This document shows positions 12,836 through 25,439 of a stretch of 64,000 nucleotides of DNA, in pieces. A program made the position numbers and the translations under genes. The DNA lies in contig NC_042999.1 of NCBI RefSeq assembly GCF_006345805.1, positions 5,580,001 to 5,644,000 of the forward strand. Reading direction: 5' to 3'. Position 1 is the first letter of the stretch; the number at the start of each line of letters is the position of its first letter. Below the pieces are notes generated by a model. The model was not told the origin of the DNA, searched no databases, and worked only from the letters and a program-made list of their open reading frames with translations. The DNA is from Octopus sinensis. Taxonomy: Eukaryota.

Positions 12836-13204
12836 CCAGAGTCATTCTTGTTGCTTGTTTTTGATTATAATCACCCAGCAAATTTTTATGGATAACACCA
12901 TACAAAATTCTGGTGCATCTAAATTAAGTACCATATTCATTTGAATCTAAATTGTTGCTGAACCTATATATATATGTATGTATGTGTATATCTACATTAA
13001 TACTTTACTGGCATATTTTTTAACAATCTCAGAACAACAAATGGTCGAATTGACTTCAGAAGGATCTGAGCACAATGCAAACCAGACACAACCAAATACC
13101 ACAAGGTATTTAGTTTGATTCTCTACGGCCCTATTCTTTTTCTTCTAAAACTGATTTAATTTAAAGATAAACAAAAAAAAAAGAGGAACATTTGAAGAAC
13201 TTAC

Positions 13205-13279
13205 CTGTTCATGCAAATGGTGTAATTGCCGGTACCGTACTGTGCAGTGGAAAGCACCATTAATGTGGATGTTGAAGGC
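13205..13279 (-). CDS. SNX17: Sorting nexin-17, coding exon 2, PX domain (AFNIHINGAFHCTVRYRQLHHLHEQ)
   Basis: ttttcag acceptor, CAG|gtaag donor, 75 nt, phase 0-0. Resembles SNX17 AYNIHVNGVLHCRVRYSQLLGLHEQ. Confidence 0.95.
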
Positions 13280-13772
13280 CTGAAAAGGGGAGAAAATTGG
13301 AGGTTATTATCTAAATTGTACAAGGCCGTGAGCTGGCAGCATCGTTACCATGCCAAGCAAAATGCTTAGCAGCATTTTGTCTGTCTTTCCGTTCTCAGTT
13401 CAAATTCCGTTGAGGTGACTTTGCCTTTTGTCCATTCAGGGTCGATAAGTACCAGCTGATCGCTGAGGTCAACGTAATTGACTTAGCACTTCCTTGAAAA
13501 TGCTGGCCAAAATTTGAAACTATTATTTAAACCGTATAATATAACATTCAATCAAGTCAGAAAATTGTTTGTAAATAAATCTTCTTTTTTTTTTTGATCA
13601 CAACATAGGAGTGGCTGTGTGGTAAGTAGCTTGCTAACCAACCACATGGTTCCGGGTTCAGTCCCACTGTGAGGCACCTTGGGCAAGTGTCTTCTGCTAT
13701 AGCTTCGGACCGACCAATGATTTGTGAGTGGATTTGGTAGACGAAAACTGAAAGAAGCCTGTCGTATATATG

Positions 13773-13811
<39 letters not shown>

Positions 13812-16800
13812 CTGTGTTTGTCCCCCTAGCATTGCTTGACAACCAATGCTGGTGTGTTTACGTCCCCGTCACTTAGCGGTTCGGCAAAAGAGACCGATAG
13901 AATAATTACTGGGCTTACAAAGAATAAGTCCCGGGGTCGAGTTGCTCGACTAAAGGTGGTGCTCCCGCATGGCCACAGTCAAATGACTGAAACAAGTAAA
14001 AGAGTAAAGAGTATCACCAATTTTTACAATTTCATGTATTTAGTAACTAACACTTCAGAAGATCCAGATGTGAAGAGTAAACAAGTTATTGCTCCATCTT
14101 ATTCTACTTCCATTCCAATAATAATAATAAATACCAATGTCGCTTCACTGGCAGCTGTGCCGGTGGGCACGTGTAAAAAGATTCAAGCGAGGTCATTGCC
14201 AGTACCGCCTGACTGGTCCCCATGCCGGTGGTACATAAAAAGCACCCACTACACTCTCGGAGTGGTTGGCGTTAGGAAGGGCATCCAGCTGTAGAAACTC
14301 TGCCAGATCAAGACTGGAGCCTGGTGCAACCATCTGGTTCGCCAGCCCTCAGTCAAAATCGTCCAACCCATGCTAGCATGGAAAGCGGACGTTAAATGAT
14401 GATGATGATGATGAGAGTTCATAAAACAAATTTAACACTGTTGTTGTCAAAAATATCCACTCCTATTTATAAGTTTACTGCTTGAGAACAGAAATAAAAA
14501 AATACACAATCTATGATGGTAATTTCATCTAAATCTCTCATTTCCTCTCTCTTATTAAGTGTTTTGAAGTTTTAGACTAATTGGAAACTTGATGTTTGTG
14601 TAAACAGAAATCATTTTGGGAACGATAAAAATTACATGTTTTGAAATATTCTGGTTTCACAAAACAGTTCATTTTATGAATTTAAGATACGGAAACTCGT
14701 TTTAAAAAAAGAAAAGAAAATATTTTCATTTTTGCATTACAAAACACATATTTAATCAGCTCGTATTTAATTAGCTACACCAGCAGCAGTTCTGAGTGTA
14801 ATTAGCTGAAGAAATAAACTGCTCTCCAATGGAATTTAAAATGTGGAGCAAGTCAGATTATTCTTCAAGTGACAACTAATCTAGCTACACCAGCAGCAGT
14901 TCGGAGTGTAATTAGCTGAAGAAATAAACTGCTCTCCAATGGAATTTAAAATGTGGAGCAAGTCAGATTACTTCTTCAAGTGACAACTAATCTTGTTTTA
15001 AGTATCATTAGCTCTTGATAACAGTGCTGGGCTGTGGAGAAACAAAAATGTTTGCGATAACGTATAATGACATCTATTAGCTTATAAAACACAAACCTGT
15101 TATGTACACAACTCCCTCTCTCTCTCTCTCTCTCACTCATTTAGAAACAAGAGACAGTGAGAGAAAATAAAAACCACAATATAATGCTTATTAACTGATA
15201 AAAACCTGTTAACCCTTTGAACTCTTTCGTTTATACAGAGCATGCCACATTAATTGATAATTTTGGTGGATTTCCTGAAATGGTGTTCTGAGAATAAATA
15301 TTAGTAACATCATTATTACTGACTAGAAATCTTTTGAAACATCAAAATGAAAATCAAATGGAATTTGCAGTTAAAGATACCCGTGGGTGTCACGTTAAAA
15401 GCACCGCCCGAACGTGACAGATGCCAGCGCTGCCTGACTGGTGTCCGTGTTGGTGACGCATAAAAGCACCAACCGATTGTGACCGTTTGCCAGCCTGCTC
15501 TAGCCCCTGTGCCAGTGGCACGTAAAAAGCACCCACTACACTCACGGAGTGGTTGGCGTTGCAAAGTGCATCCAGCTGTAGAAACACTGCCAGATCAGAC
15601 TGGAGCATGGTGCAGCCTTCTGGCTTCCCAGACCCTGGTCGAACCGTCCAACACATGCTAGCATGGAAAGTGGACATTAAATGATGATGAATGATGATGA
15701 TGATGATGATGGGGATACTGGAGAAAAATATAAATTGGGTTTAGTAAAAGAGTTTTTCAAAAGATATTTTTCCTTATTCTAGGGCAAAATTTTAAAATTT
15801 CCCAAGCAGGTCCCACCACCACCAATTTTTAAGGAAATCAATAAAAAGAAAAAAATTCTGAATCTGTATTTTCTGGTAAATCTGGCATTTTGTCTGTTGA
15901 TTCGATCAACAGAACAGCTTGCTTGTGAAATTAATATGCAAGTGGCTGAGCGCTTCACAGACATGCATACCTTTAATGAAATTCAGTGTGACACAGAACG
16001 TGACAATGCTGGCCCTTCAAAATACAGGTACCACACATTCTTCCCAGCTGGGCAGACTGGAGCAACATGAAATGAAGTGTCTTGCTCAAAGAGACAATGC
16101 ACCACCAGGGATTGAACCCTTGATTTTAAAATCAGAAGCTAAATACCCTAACCACTAGACCACGCATCTTAATTTTGTTTTTTTTGCTTTTTGCTGGTAA
16201 ATTGGGTAAATATTGTGGAAACAAAGACCGTATTGTTGACATTCTTACAAGAGCACTGGACGTTGGGGTGGTGGGTTGTAGTTCTTACCCAGCTTGTAAA
16301 TACAGGCAAAGAAATTAGACAAAGAACACTTGTAGATAGTTTTTCAAAACTTGGCCTGAATTCAAGCAGACAGGTTATTCCTAGATGCCCAAAATCTAAA
16401 TCTGCAAGACAAACTCAAGACAAACTAAACATCTATTGTTTACAATGTTCAATTCATTCTACATCAGACTGGAATACACGTCCCCTGTCCTCCAAATGGC
16501 CTATCACCTTGATATTCAGATTTTTTGGTTGTGGAGTCAACCAGCTGAATGTTCCAATGAATTCAGGGCCCAGTTTCTCATTAGAGCTGTGACAAGCCAT
16601 CATCATCACCATCACTTAACATCCAATGTCCATGCTGGCATGGGTTGTTTGCCTTTGCTGCAGTAGCCTAATAGATGGCTTTTGTAACAAACAAGTTGAA
16701 AAGTTCTGTTCAAAAGATTTCAAAGAATTCTTTTGATTTAAGGTTCTCATTGAAATTTGGAGAAGATCCTCCTACTTGGGACAACATCTTGGACAAATAT

Positions 16801-17163
16801 ATGCTGACAACAACAACAAAAAATGCAGCACCAGAGTACCATTCTTGTGACAAGCCTGTCTTCTACCAGGACAGTTATACCCTCATATTTATGCTTGGTC
16901 TGCATCACCACTACTCCTCCAGTGACCTCTTGTCCTAACTCTAACCCTAGTTGCCTGACCATTTTTTTTCTGTCTTTTAGCCACTAGTGTGGGGTCAGAA
17001 TCAACACACAAAATAGTCAGTACTGTTAGAATGGTTGTTAGGAGAATCATAAACAACATTAACACCGATGTCAAGTTCAATTTCACAATCAAGATTCCCA
17101 CTGTCCATTGAATTTCTCTTCTATGAGTGATTCAACTTTCTATTAATTCAATAATTCTTATCA

Positions 17164-17553
17164 TACAGTTCTATATTTGAGAGATGAGGAATTATGTACA
17201 TTATTTACATTTGACGGATATTTGTCCTCATCTTATTTCTTGTTAACACAATGTTTCAGTTGATATACCCTCCAGATTTATAAGCCTAAAATTTACTCCA
17301 TAATTACCCACAGGCATATGGTGTAGTGGTTAAGAGCACAAGCTACTAACCCCGAGATTCCCAGTTCAATTCAGTGACCTGAAGAAGAACAACAACATCA
17401 AAAAATACCTTAGGAATGAGAACCCAGGTTTGATATTTCCCCAAGACACCTGATGAAGGCTGGAGGGTATATCAGCTGAAATGCTGTGTTAACAACAAAC
17501 AAGATGAGGACAAATATCCATCAAATGTAAATAATGTAAATAAATTCTTATCA
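17164..17553 (+). mobile_element. tRNA-headed short element with minimal hammerhead tail and 5' inverted copy of its 3' end (Penelope-type architecture)
   Basis: A box TGGTGTAGTGG 17319-17329, B box GTTCAATTC 17364-17372, CTGATGA 17450-17456, stem ggctg/cagct, GAAA 17478-17481, stem I acac/gtgt. 17164-17275 includes an inverted copy of 17460-17541. AATTCTTATCA occurs at 17153-17163 and 17543-17553. Confidence 0.65.
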
Positions 17554-20439
17554 TTGTCTTCAAACACAAAAGCACAGCTCTCTTCACCCATCACTTCAAT
17601 CATTCTCAAATACCCTCAGTGCTTCCAAATGTCAACCACTTTACAGATAGATTTTTGTGGCACCGTCTTTAGTGACCCCTAAAAACAAGGGAGAAGAGTA
17701 GAGCGAGAAAGTGGACAATCATTCTATGTGCAGGGATGAGGAAGAGTTAGTGAGGTGAGGGGAACAGATTTATAGCTGAGACACAGTGGTAGATGTAATA
17801 GTGTAACAAAGGGGATTAAGTGATGGGAAGATGATAGGGTGGGTTGTGCAGAAGGGTCCATGACTATCCTACATGATAAGGGTGAATACTGACACAGGAT
17901 GTGAGTGAAAGAGATTAGAAAGGGAGCTATACACTAGGGTGGTGGAGAGAAACTCTGAGAGAATTACTGAAAGGAGAGGTATGGGGGTTAAGAGAATAGG
18001 TCAGAGGGGGAACAGGTATTGAGGAGACAAAAAAACCTGTGGGGAGAGGGCAATGATGGAACATGAAGGAGAGAGTGGATGTAATAAGAAAAGTGAAGTT
18101 GGAGGATATTACAGAGGTAGAGATAAGGAGAAGCCCCAGCAAATGAGGCAGGTGTTTGATGAATGAGGATATATGTATATGGCAGGGAAACACAGGTGCA
18201 GGTATGGGGATGTAGTGAAGGAGAGCACAATCAAATAGTTCCATATAAGATAGCACCTTAGGCAAGTTTGAATAACCATAGCCTGGGATAAATTGGATAG
18301 ATGGAAACTGTATGGAAGCCTGTCAGACTGTACCTGTTTTTAGGCAGTCGACTTAATCTGGTCCTTGACTACCTTTAGCAAAGTCTAATTTGTGGTAAAC
18401 ATTCAGGCCACATCACATCATCATTGTTTAAACATCCATTTTCCATGCTGGCATGGGTTGGATGGTTTGACTGGCAAGCCAGGAGGCTGCACCAGGCTCC
18501 AAATTGATTTGGCAAGGTTTCTACAGTTGGATGCCCTTCCTGGCGCCAACCACTCCGAGAGTGTAGTGGGTGCTATTTATGTGCCACCAGCACAGGATCC
18601 AGTCAGACAGCACTGGCGTTGGTAAGTTCAGATGGTGCTTCTTACATGCCACCAGCACGAAAGCCAGTCAGGTGGCGCTGGCATCAGCCACAACTACAAT
18701 TTCCATTTTAATTTCAATTTCATTTGACTCAACAGGTCTTCTCAAGTACAGCGTATATTGCCTGACAATTCAAGGGTACTTTTGAATGGGCCTAGTTATG
18801 CAACACTGGTACTGGCCCCAGCTGCACTCTCACTTTACTTGCCGGGTCATTGGCCACAATTTCAATTTCACTTGGCTCAACAGGTCTTCTCAAGCACAGC
18901 ATATTGCCTGCATTAATATGCTGCTTCTGACCACAGCAAGTCATAATATATACTTTCTTCTTCTTCTTCCTCCCTTTCTACCAGCCCTTTCTCTTCCCAT
19001 TAATCTTTTTTTTTAAAGAGAAAAATTAAAACCTCCAGAAACATGAGTAAATAGCTTATAAAAAGCACCATTCGAGCGTGGCCGTTGTCAATGCTGCCTG
19101 ACTGGCTCCCATGTCGGTGGCACGTAAAAAGCACCATCTGAACATGGCCGAAACCAGTACAACCTGATTGGCCCTCGAGCCAATAGCACATAAAAAGCAC
19201 CCACTACAATCTCGGAGTGGTTGGAGTTAGGAAGGGCATCCAGCTGTAGAAACCTTGCCAGATCAGATTGGAGCCTGGTGCAGCCTTCTGGCTTGCCAGT
19301 CCTCAGTCAAACTGTCCAACCCATGCCAGCATGGAAAGCGGATGTTAAATGATGATGATAAAGCTGTTATTGTAAAACAAAATACAGCCAACAAAACCAA
19401 CCTCAAAACAATGCTGCTTTTTGTTATATTACTGCAGAAAAAAAACAAAAGTGACCTCAATGCAAGTGAAATACAAAACCCGGGAGAAGAAAAGTCAACA
19501 GATGTTGTTGAGAGGCAATCCTGGTTTTGTAACATTTGGTACATAAAAAGTATAAGACTATGATTTATAAAAGAAGAGATAAGCTGAGATGATAGTGATG
19601 CTTTCTCAAGAACATGAAGGGTGTGAAATAGCCTCATCCAGGAAACAAAACCAGGTTCAGACTAAGTTCATACAAAAACAACACTGTTTACCTTCAACGT
19701 TAGCAAATGATTTGACCTTGTTTAGCAGGAGACTCTCCTATTACAGCAGTCTATCAACCAACTTCCTGTTTGGCATATTTTAACAAAACTTGTTTTGGGT
19801 TTCTCATTTGTTATGACATAGGATTGCTTCCTCAATAAACTCTTTCTTTTTTTAACATAAAACTATTAAAACTCATTGTGGAGGCGCAATGGCCCAGTGG
19901 TTAGGGCAGTGGACTCGCAGTCATAGGATCGCGGTTTCGATTCCCAGACCGGGCGTTGTGAGTGTTTATTGAGCGAAAACAACTAAAAGCTCCACGAGGC
20001 TCCGGCAGGGGATGGTGGTGATCCCTGCTGTACTCTTTCACCACAACTTTCTCTCACTCTTACTTCCTGTTTCTGTTGTACCTGTATTTCAAGGTGCCGG
20101 CCTTGTCACTCTCTGTGTCACGCTGAATATCCCCGAGAACTACGTTAAGGGTGCACGTGTCTGTGGAGTGCTCAGCCACTTACATGTTAATTTCACAAGC
20201 AGGCTGTTCCGTTGATTCGGATCAACCGGAACCCTCGTCTTCATAACCGACGGAGTGATTCTATCCTCTATTAAAATTCATATCCTTGCTTGACAATGAC
20301 CCCAATTTAAACTAAAAGCTATCCTTATTTATAGTCAAGGCTGATCGACACTGTTTTTCACCCCTGCTTCCAACCTCACCAGACTACCCCTTGTCTTGAG
20401 TTTAAGATAGCCAAGAGACAATAGCCACCAACAGAACCA

Positions 20440-20830
20440 TTAAGTTAAAAAATACAATTTTATACAAGCAAGGTTTGAACTTATGAACTTTAAGTCCCCT
20501 GACTACTGAAGACATGCATAGGCTCGAAAGAAATGAACCTAGCATAATCCGCTGGATGTGTAATGTCAGTGTGCACACACAACAGTGTAAGTGCCCCAAG
20601 AGAAATGTTGGACATAAGAAGCATCAGATGTGGCATGCAAGAGAGACGTTTGTGTTGGTATGGTCATATTCTGCGGATGGACAAGGAGAGATGTGTGAAG
20701 AGGTGCCACTCCCAAACAGTGGACGGAATCCGGGGTAGAGGGAGACCCAGGAAGACATGGGATGAGGTGGTGAAGCATGAGCTTTGAACGTTGGGCCTCA
20801 CAGAGGCAATGATAGGGTGCTGGGGCCTCT
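20440..20830 (+). mobile_element. RTE-clade LINE 3' fragment
   Basis: LERNEPSIIRWMCNVS...RRLCWYGHILRMD...GRGRPRKTWDEVVK. Similar fragments at about 22299-22478(+), 26850-27190(-), 38130-38470(-), 54850-55130(+), 61180-61450(-). Confidence 0.85.
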
Positions 20831-23800
20831 GGAGTTATGCTGCAACTGAGAGGACCCAGCAAATAAAGTGAGTTCACGGCTGTAACCTACACCAGTGTTG
20901 CATAACCAACCCACTCAAAAGTACTTTGGATCGTAGGGCGATGTACTGTGCTTGAGGAGTCCTATTGAGTCAAGTACATCAACATCAAATCCAATGGAAA
21001 TTGTAGTTGTGACCCCCATGCCAGTAGCACGTAAAAAGCACCATCCAAACATGGCCAATGCCAGCGCCACATTGACTGGCTTCCATGCCGGTGACATGTA
21101 AAAAGAATCATCCAATTGTGGTCAATGCCAGCCCCTCTGGCCCCTGTGTCGGTGGCATGTAAAAATCACCCACTACACTCTCGGAGTGGTTGGTGTTAGG
21201 AAGGGCATCCAGCTGTAGAAACACTGCCAGATCAGACTGGGGCGTGGTGCAGCCTCCTGGCTTCCCAGGCACCAGTTGAACCATCCAACCCATGCCAGCA
21301 TGGAAAATGGACATTAAACGATGATGGTGGTGATGATACTCTCTTAATTTGACATAAATTCAACTTACATCTTAATAATATTTAACTTGTTGGAACAAGT
21401 TTTATAAACTGGTTAGAGCTGAACCAGTAAAACAAAAGTTTGTCATGTAGCAAGCCAAAACTGATCCAGTTTAGCTAACATATCCAGTTCAACTTGGTTA
21501 AGTATACACTGACAATTGAGTGATTAACCATTTCATCATCATCATCATCATCATCGTTTAACGTCTGTTTTCCATGCTAGCATGGGTTGGACGGTTCGAC
21601 CTGGGTCTGGGAAGCCAGGAGGCTGCACCAGGCTCCAGTCTGATCTGGCAGTGTTTCTACAGCTGGATGCCCTTCCTAACGCCAACCACTCTGTGGGTGT
21701 AGTGAGTGCTTTCTATGTGCCACTGGCACAGAAGCCAGTCAAGGCGGCGCTGGCATCGGCCACGTATGGATGGCACTTTTTAGGTGCCACCAGCACAGGT
21801 GCCAGGGTAGGCTTAACAATTATTTCACAGTGAATCTAATCAAACCTAATACTTGACTGTTGTTAAATGAAGGTGCACCAGGAATTAATAATAGCATGTT
21901 ATTTAATGCCAGACAAATGAAAGGCAAACATCGACCTCAATGGGACTTAATGTCAGGATATAAAGTACATAAAATACCACAAGACATTGTGTATGGTGCT
22001 CTACTGATTCTACTTGTTGAAAAGATGCAGCCCTCTTTATAAGAAGACTCCAACCACAACAGAATTGAGATCCTAAAACCAAGGTGCCACATAAAAAGCA
22101 CCCAGTACACTCTGTAAAGTGGTTGGTGTTAGGAAGGGCATCCAGCTGTAGAAACCAAGCCAAACAGACCATGGAACTTGGTGTGGCCTCTGGCCTTGCC
22201 AATTCCTGTCAAGCTATCCAACCCATGCCAGCATGGAAAACGGACGTTAAATGATGATGATGGTGTGGTGGTGGTGCGAGGCTGTGGCCTTTAACTTGTG
22301 TGCAAGAGAGGAGCTGCACTGGTTTGGTTGTGTGATGCGGATGGATGAGGACACTTAAAGTGGTGGGAACTTGTGGAAGAGGGAAATTGAAGGTTGATCT
22401 CAAAACACTTAGCTTTACAAAGGAGATAACAGAGGACTGAGATATGTGGCGCATTACTGTATCGAAGAAGACCTCCCCACCACAACAGAATTGAGATCCT
22501 AAAACCAAGGTGCCACATAAAAAGCACCCAGTACACTCTGTAAAGTGGTTGGTGTTAGGAAGGGCATCCAGCTGTAGAAACCAAGCCAAAACAGACCATG
22601 GAACTTGGTGTGGCCTCTGGCCTTGCCAATTCCTGTCAAGCTATCCAACCCATGCCAGCATGGAAAACGGACGTTAAATGATGATGATGGTGTGGTGGTG
22701 GTGCGAGGCTGTGGCCTTTAACTTGGCACCTACAATCACTTTTATGTTAACATAATTAATCACAACCTAATGCAAACACTAAACATTAAGATAGTAACAC
22801 GTTTCCTTTCTGAGATATCTTAAAAGATTACGTTAAACTTTTTTGAACAGAAGTGAATATCATTTAATAATATTTTTTTTTATGGTAAAGTATAAAATTA
22901 ATGAAGAAATTATTTAAGTTTAGAAAAAAAATTACAGTTTCGACCAATGTTTCCAAATCGGAATATCACAATATCGAGAGGCGTCACTAAAATTCTTAGA
23001 TTTACAACACGAGTAAAATTACGAAGTTCTACGTGTTTAAGAATGTTTAAAAGTTGTAGAAGAAGTGGGTGTGTCAAAGATGTTAGGAGTCGTTTTGTGT
23101 CTTGAAACAATGACCAAGAACTTCGTTTATAAATACGCTGGCAAAGAATTTACTTTTCTGGTAATTAGGTGATATTTTTGTCAAACCTCGGAATTTAAAC
23201 CAAAATTATTGCCAAAACGGCGAAGTATATTTAATAGGTGAATGAATAAGGAAATTATTAAAAAAACAAAAACAACGACGACTATAAAGAAATGCCGAGA
23301 GGAGAATGAGTAAATTGTCGATATTTTATTTTAATTTTAAATTTAAGAAATATAATTATTATTGAAGTTCTGCGTAGATTACATCAATTTTATATAGTGA
23401 AATCGAATACTGCAACATCAATTAAAAACCGAAAAAGAATCTGTGATTTTGGTCATCAAAACTGCATATAAAATAACAAAGTCAGCTTCAACGTTGGTCT
23501 TTAAAATGCCTTCAGTTGCCAACTAAGATTTTTTCCTCAAGAAATTATGTCATAGGCTAAGAAATAAACCTTTTGGAATTAAGTGTCTGCCAGCTGAAGG
23601 GGCTAATTAAATGATGCCACTAATAACGAGCAAAAATAAATCGGACTTCGTCAAAAAGATACCAGCACACCACCTCTTTCGCATCACATACAATCGTCCG
23701 TCGCCCAAAGACAATCGATAATCTTCTGGAATCCAAATGATTTAGATTAAATAAGAGTTGTTCAGTCAGTCGAAGACATCTATCTACAGGAAAGGAAATG

Positions 23801-24309
23801 ATATAGGAGGGGTCATGACTTTATATTAGACCCGGTGGGAACTGAAACCCCAGGCCGCAATTTCGACAGACCGGCAAACTGCTTTTAAGTCTTCGATACA
23901 CTTTTTCGGTTTGCAAAGGATTGGAAATGAAATAATGTGATTTTTATGATGGTTAAGGTCAAAGTTAAGAGTCGAACCCAGGAAGTTGACTTGGTTCACC
24001 TCGGCAGACTTTATTTGTGATAAATAAGGACGAAAAAAAAAAGGCAGAAGAAAGGGTAAATTCTTTAGAGAAACCATACATTTTGTAATAAAATAAATAA
24101 TTCCAACACGGAATAAGATGAAAGAGGAAAAACTTGAAATGGCAATTAGTAAATGAATGAATATATTAAATAATTGTAGAGCTGAAAGAAAAGCAGAAAT
24201 GCTGACAATACTTGAGTGTTTGACGATTGAAGGGGGTCGAAAAAGTTGGAAGAAATGGTTAAAGGAGAAGAAAAAAAGTTATAATATCAGGAAGAATTAG
24301 TCAATCGAT

Positions 24310-25135
24310 ATCTTATAGTTATCTAAAAAGATCGTTTTAAATATTTCACATCACAACAACAATGTTTATCAACCGAAATATGTTATTAGCCATAATTCTC
24401 GATATTAAAAGAAGAAGAAAATAGATTTTACAATACTTGATTTTTTGACATTTTTGTTGGTTGGAAAGACATTTTGGGAGAAAAAATTATAATTATAAGA
24501 AAGAATTTTTCTCGAAACTTTATAGTTATCTGGATCTTTAAATATTTCACATCACAACAACAATGTTTAACAAAATATGTTATTAGCCATAATTCTCGAT
24601 ATTAAAAGAAGATTTAAAATAAGATTTAACTTATTTTTCTAACATTTTGTTGTCATTAAAAGACATTTCTTGGAGATCTATTCCTTAATTTTTAAGAAAG
24701 ATTTTCCTGAAACTTTATGTTGGCAGGTTCTGTAAATATTTCACATCACAACAATGTTTATTAACTGAAATATATATTAATAGCCATAATTCTCGATATT
24801 AAAAGATTTAAGAGAAGATTTAACTTCTTTTTCTAACATTTTGTTGTCATCAAAAGACATTTCTTGGAGATCAATTCTTTAATTTTTAAGAAAGATTTTT
24901 CTGAAACTGGTTCTGTAAATTATTTCACATCCCAACAACAATGTTTATCAACCGAAATTTGTTATTAGCCATAATTTTCGATGCTAAATTCCACAGAAGG
25001 ACATTTAAAACAAGATCAAACTTCTTTTCTCTAAACATGTTGTTGTCATTAAAAGACATTTCTTGGAGATCTTCAGATCTTTATTTAATTTTTCAGAATG
25101 GTTTTTTCTGAAACTTCATGCTTGCTGGTTCTGCT
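24310..25135. repeat. AT-rich tandem array, about 4 units of 185-200 bp
   Basis: AATATTTCACATC...TTATTAGCCATAATT recurs at about 24340, 24541, 24735 and 24918. Confidence 0.9.
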
Positions 25136-25254
25136 AACAATAGAATTTGCAGCTAGGAATTTATACATCGAGCCTATTTCTCAATGAAAAGGCCGAGATA
25201 AACAGCTGAGCAAGATTGTCAACGCCCCTGTTTGAATGTTGTGCTTTTACTTAC

Positions 25255-25320
25255 CGTGTAGGTCCCTGCTCCGTCTTTGTCCTGGAATTCTTTCGTATCA
25301 GGGATAGACAGATGCATCAT
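25255..25320 (-). CDS. SNX17: Sorting nexin-17, coding exon 1 (MMHLSIPDTKEFQDKDGAGTYT)
   Basis: Manual translation resembles the SNX17 N-terminus (MHFSIPETE...AYV). It ends at an ACG|gtaag donor in phase 0. The second ATG (25317) has A at -3 and gives the conserved MHxSIP start. Confidence 0.93.
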
Positions 25321-25439
25321 GGAAAGACAAATGAGATTTCAGAGCGAAAACTAATGCAAAATTAAATGTAATATGTGTGGTGGGAAGTTCTGTGGAAGGT
25401 AAAAGCCGTAAAGAATCGAGTTTGTTTCAGCAATTAACG

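Larger units (their letters stand above)
12583..12855. repeat. Near-perfect palindrome: 125-bp arms, 1 mismatch, 23-nt partly paired centre
   Basis: 12583-12707 is the reverse complement of 12731-12855, checked base by base; the only mismatch is 12612/12826. Confidence 0.97.

Noticed and set aside
16675-16938. 87-aa ORF with plausible composition
   Set aside because: No recognisable motif and no convincing splice sites; it lies among TE fragments, antisense to SNX17.
17700-18270. Purine-rich stretch and its ORFs (similar stretch at 37440-38130)
   Set aside because: Low-complexity GA-rich sequence, probably a decayed repeat tail; no assignable coding or structural signal.
18322-18388. Possible third hammerhead on the - strand (agact...aggtagtc/gactgcct...agtct)
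   Set aside because: The stems are suggestive, but the core reads TTGCTAA and AAAA instead of CTGANGA and GAAA, with no valid NUH triplet; too degenerate to support.
19877-19955. tRNA gene candidates (also 27884 and 17313)
   Set aside because: A/B boxes are present but there is no complete cloverleaf, and each runs into a repeated SINE body; these are SINE heads.
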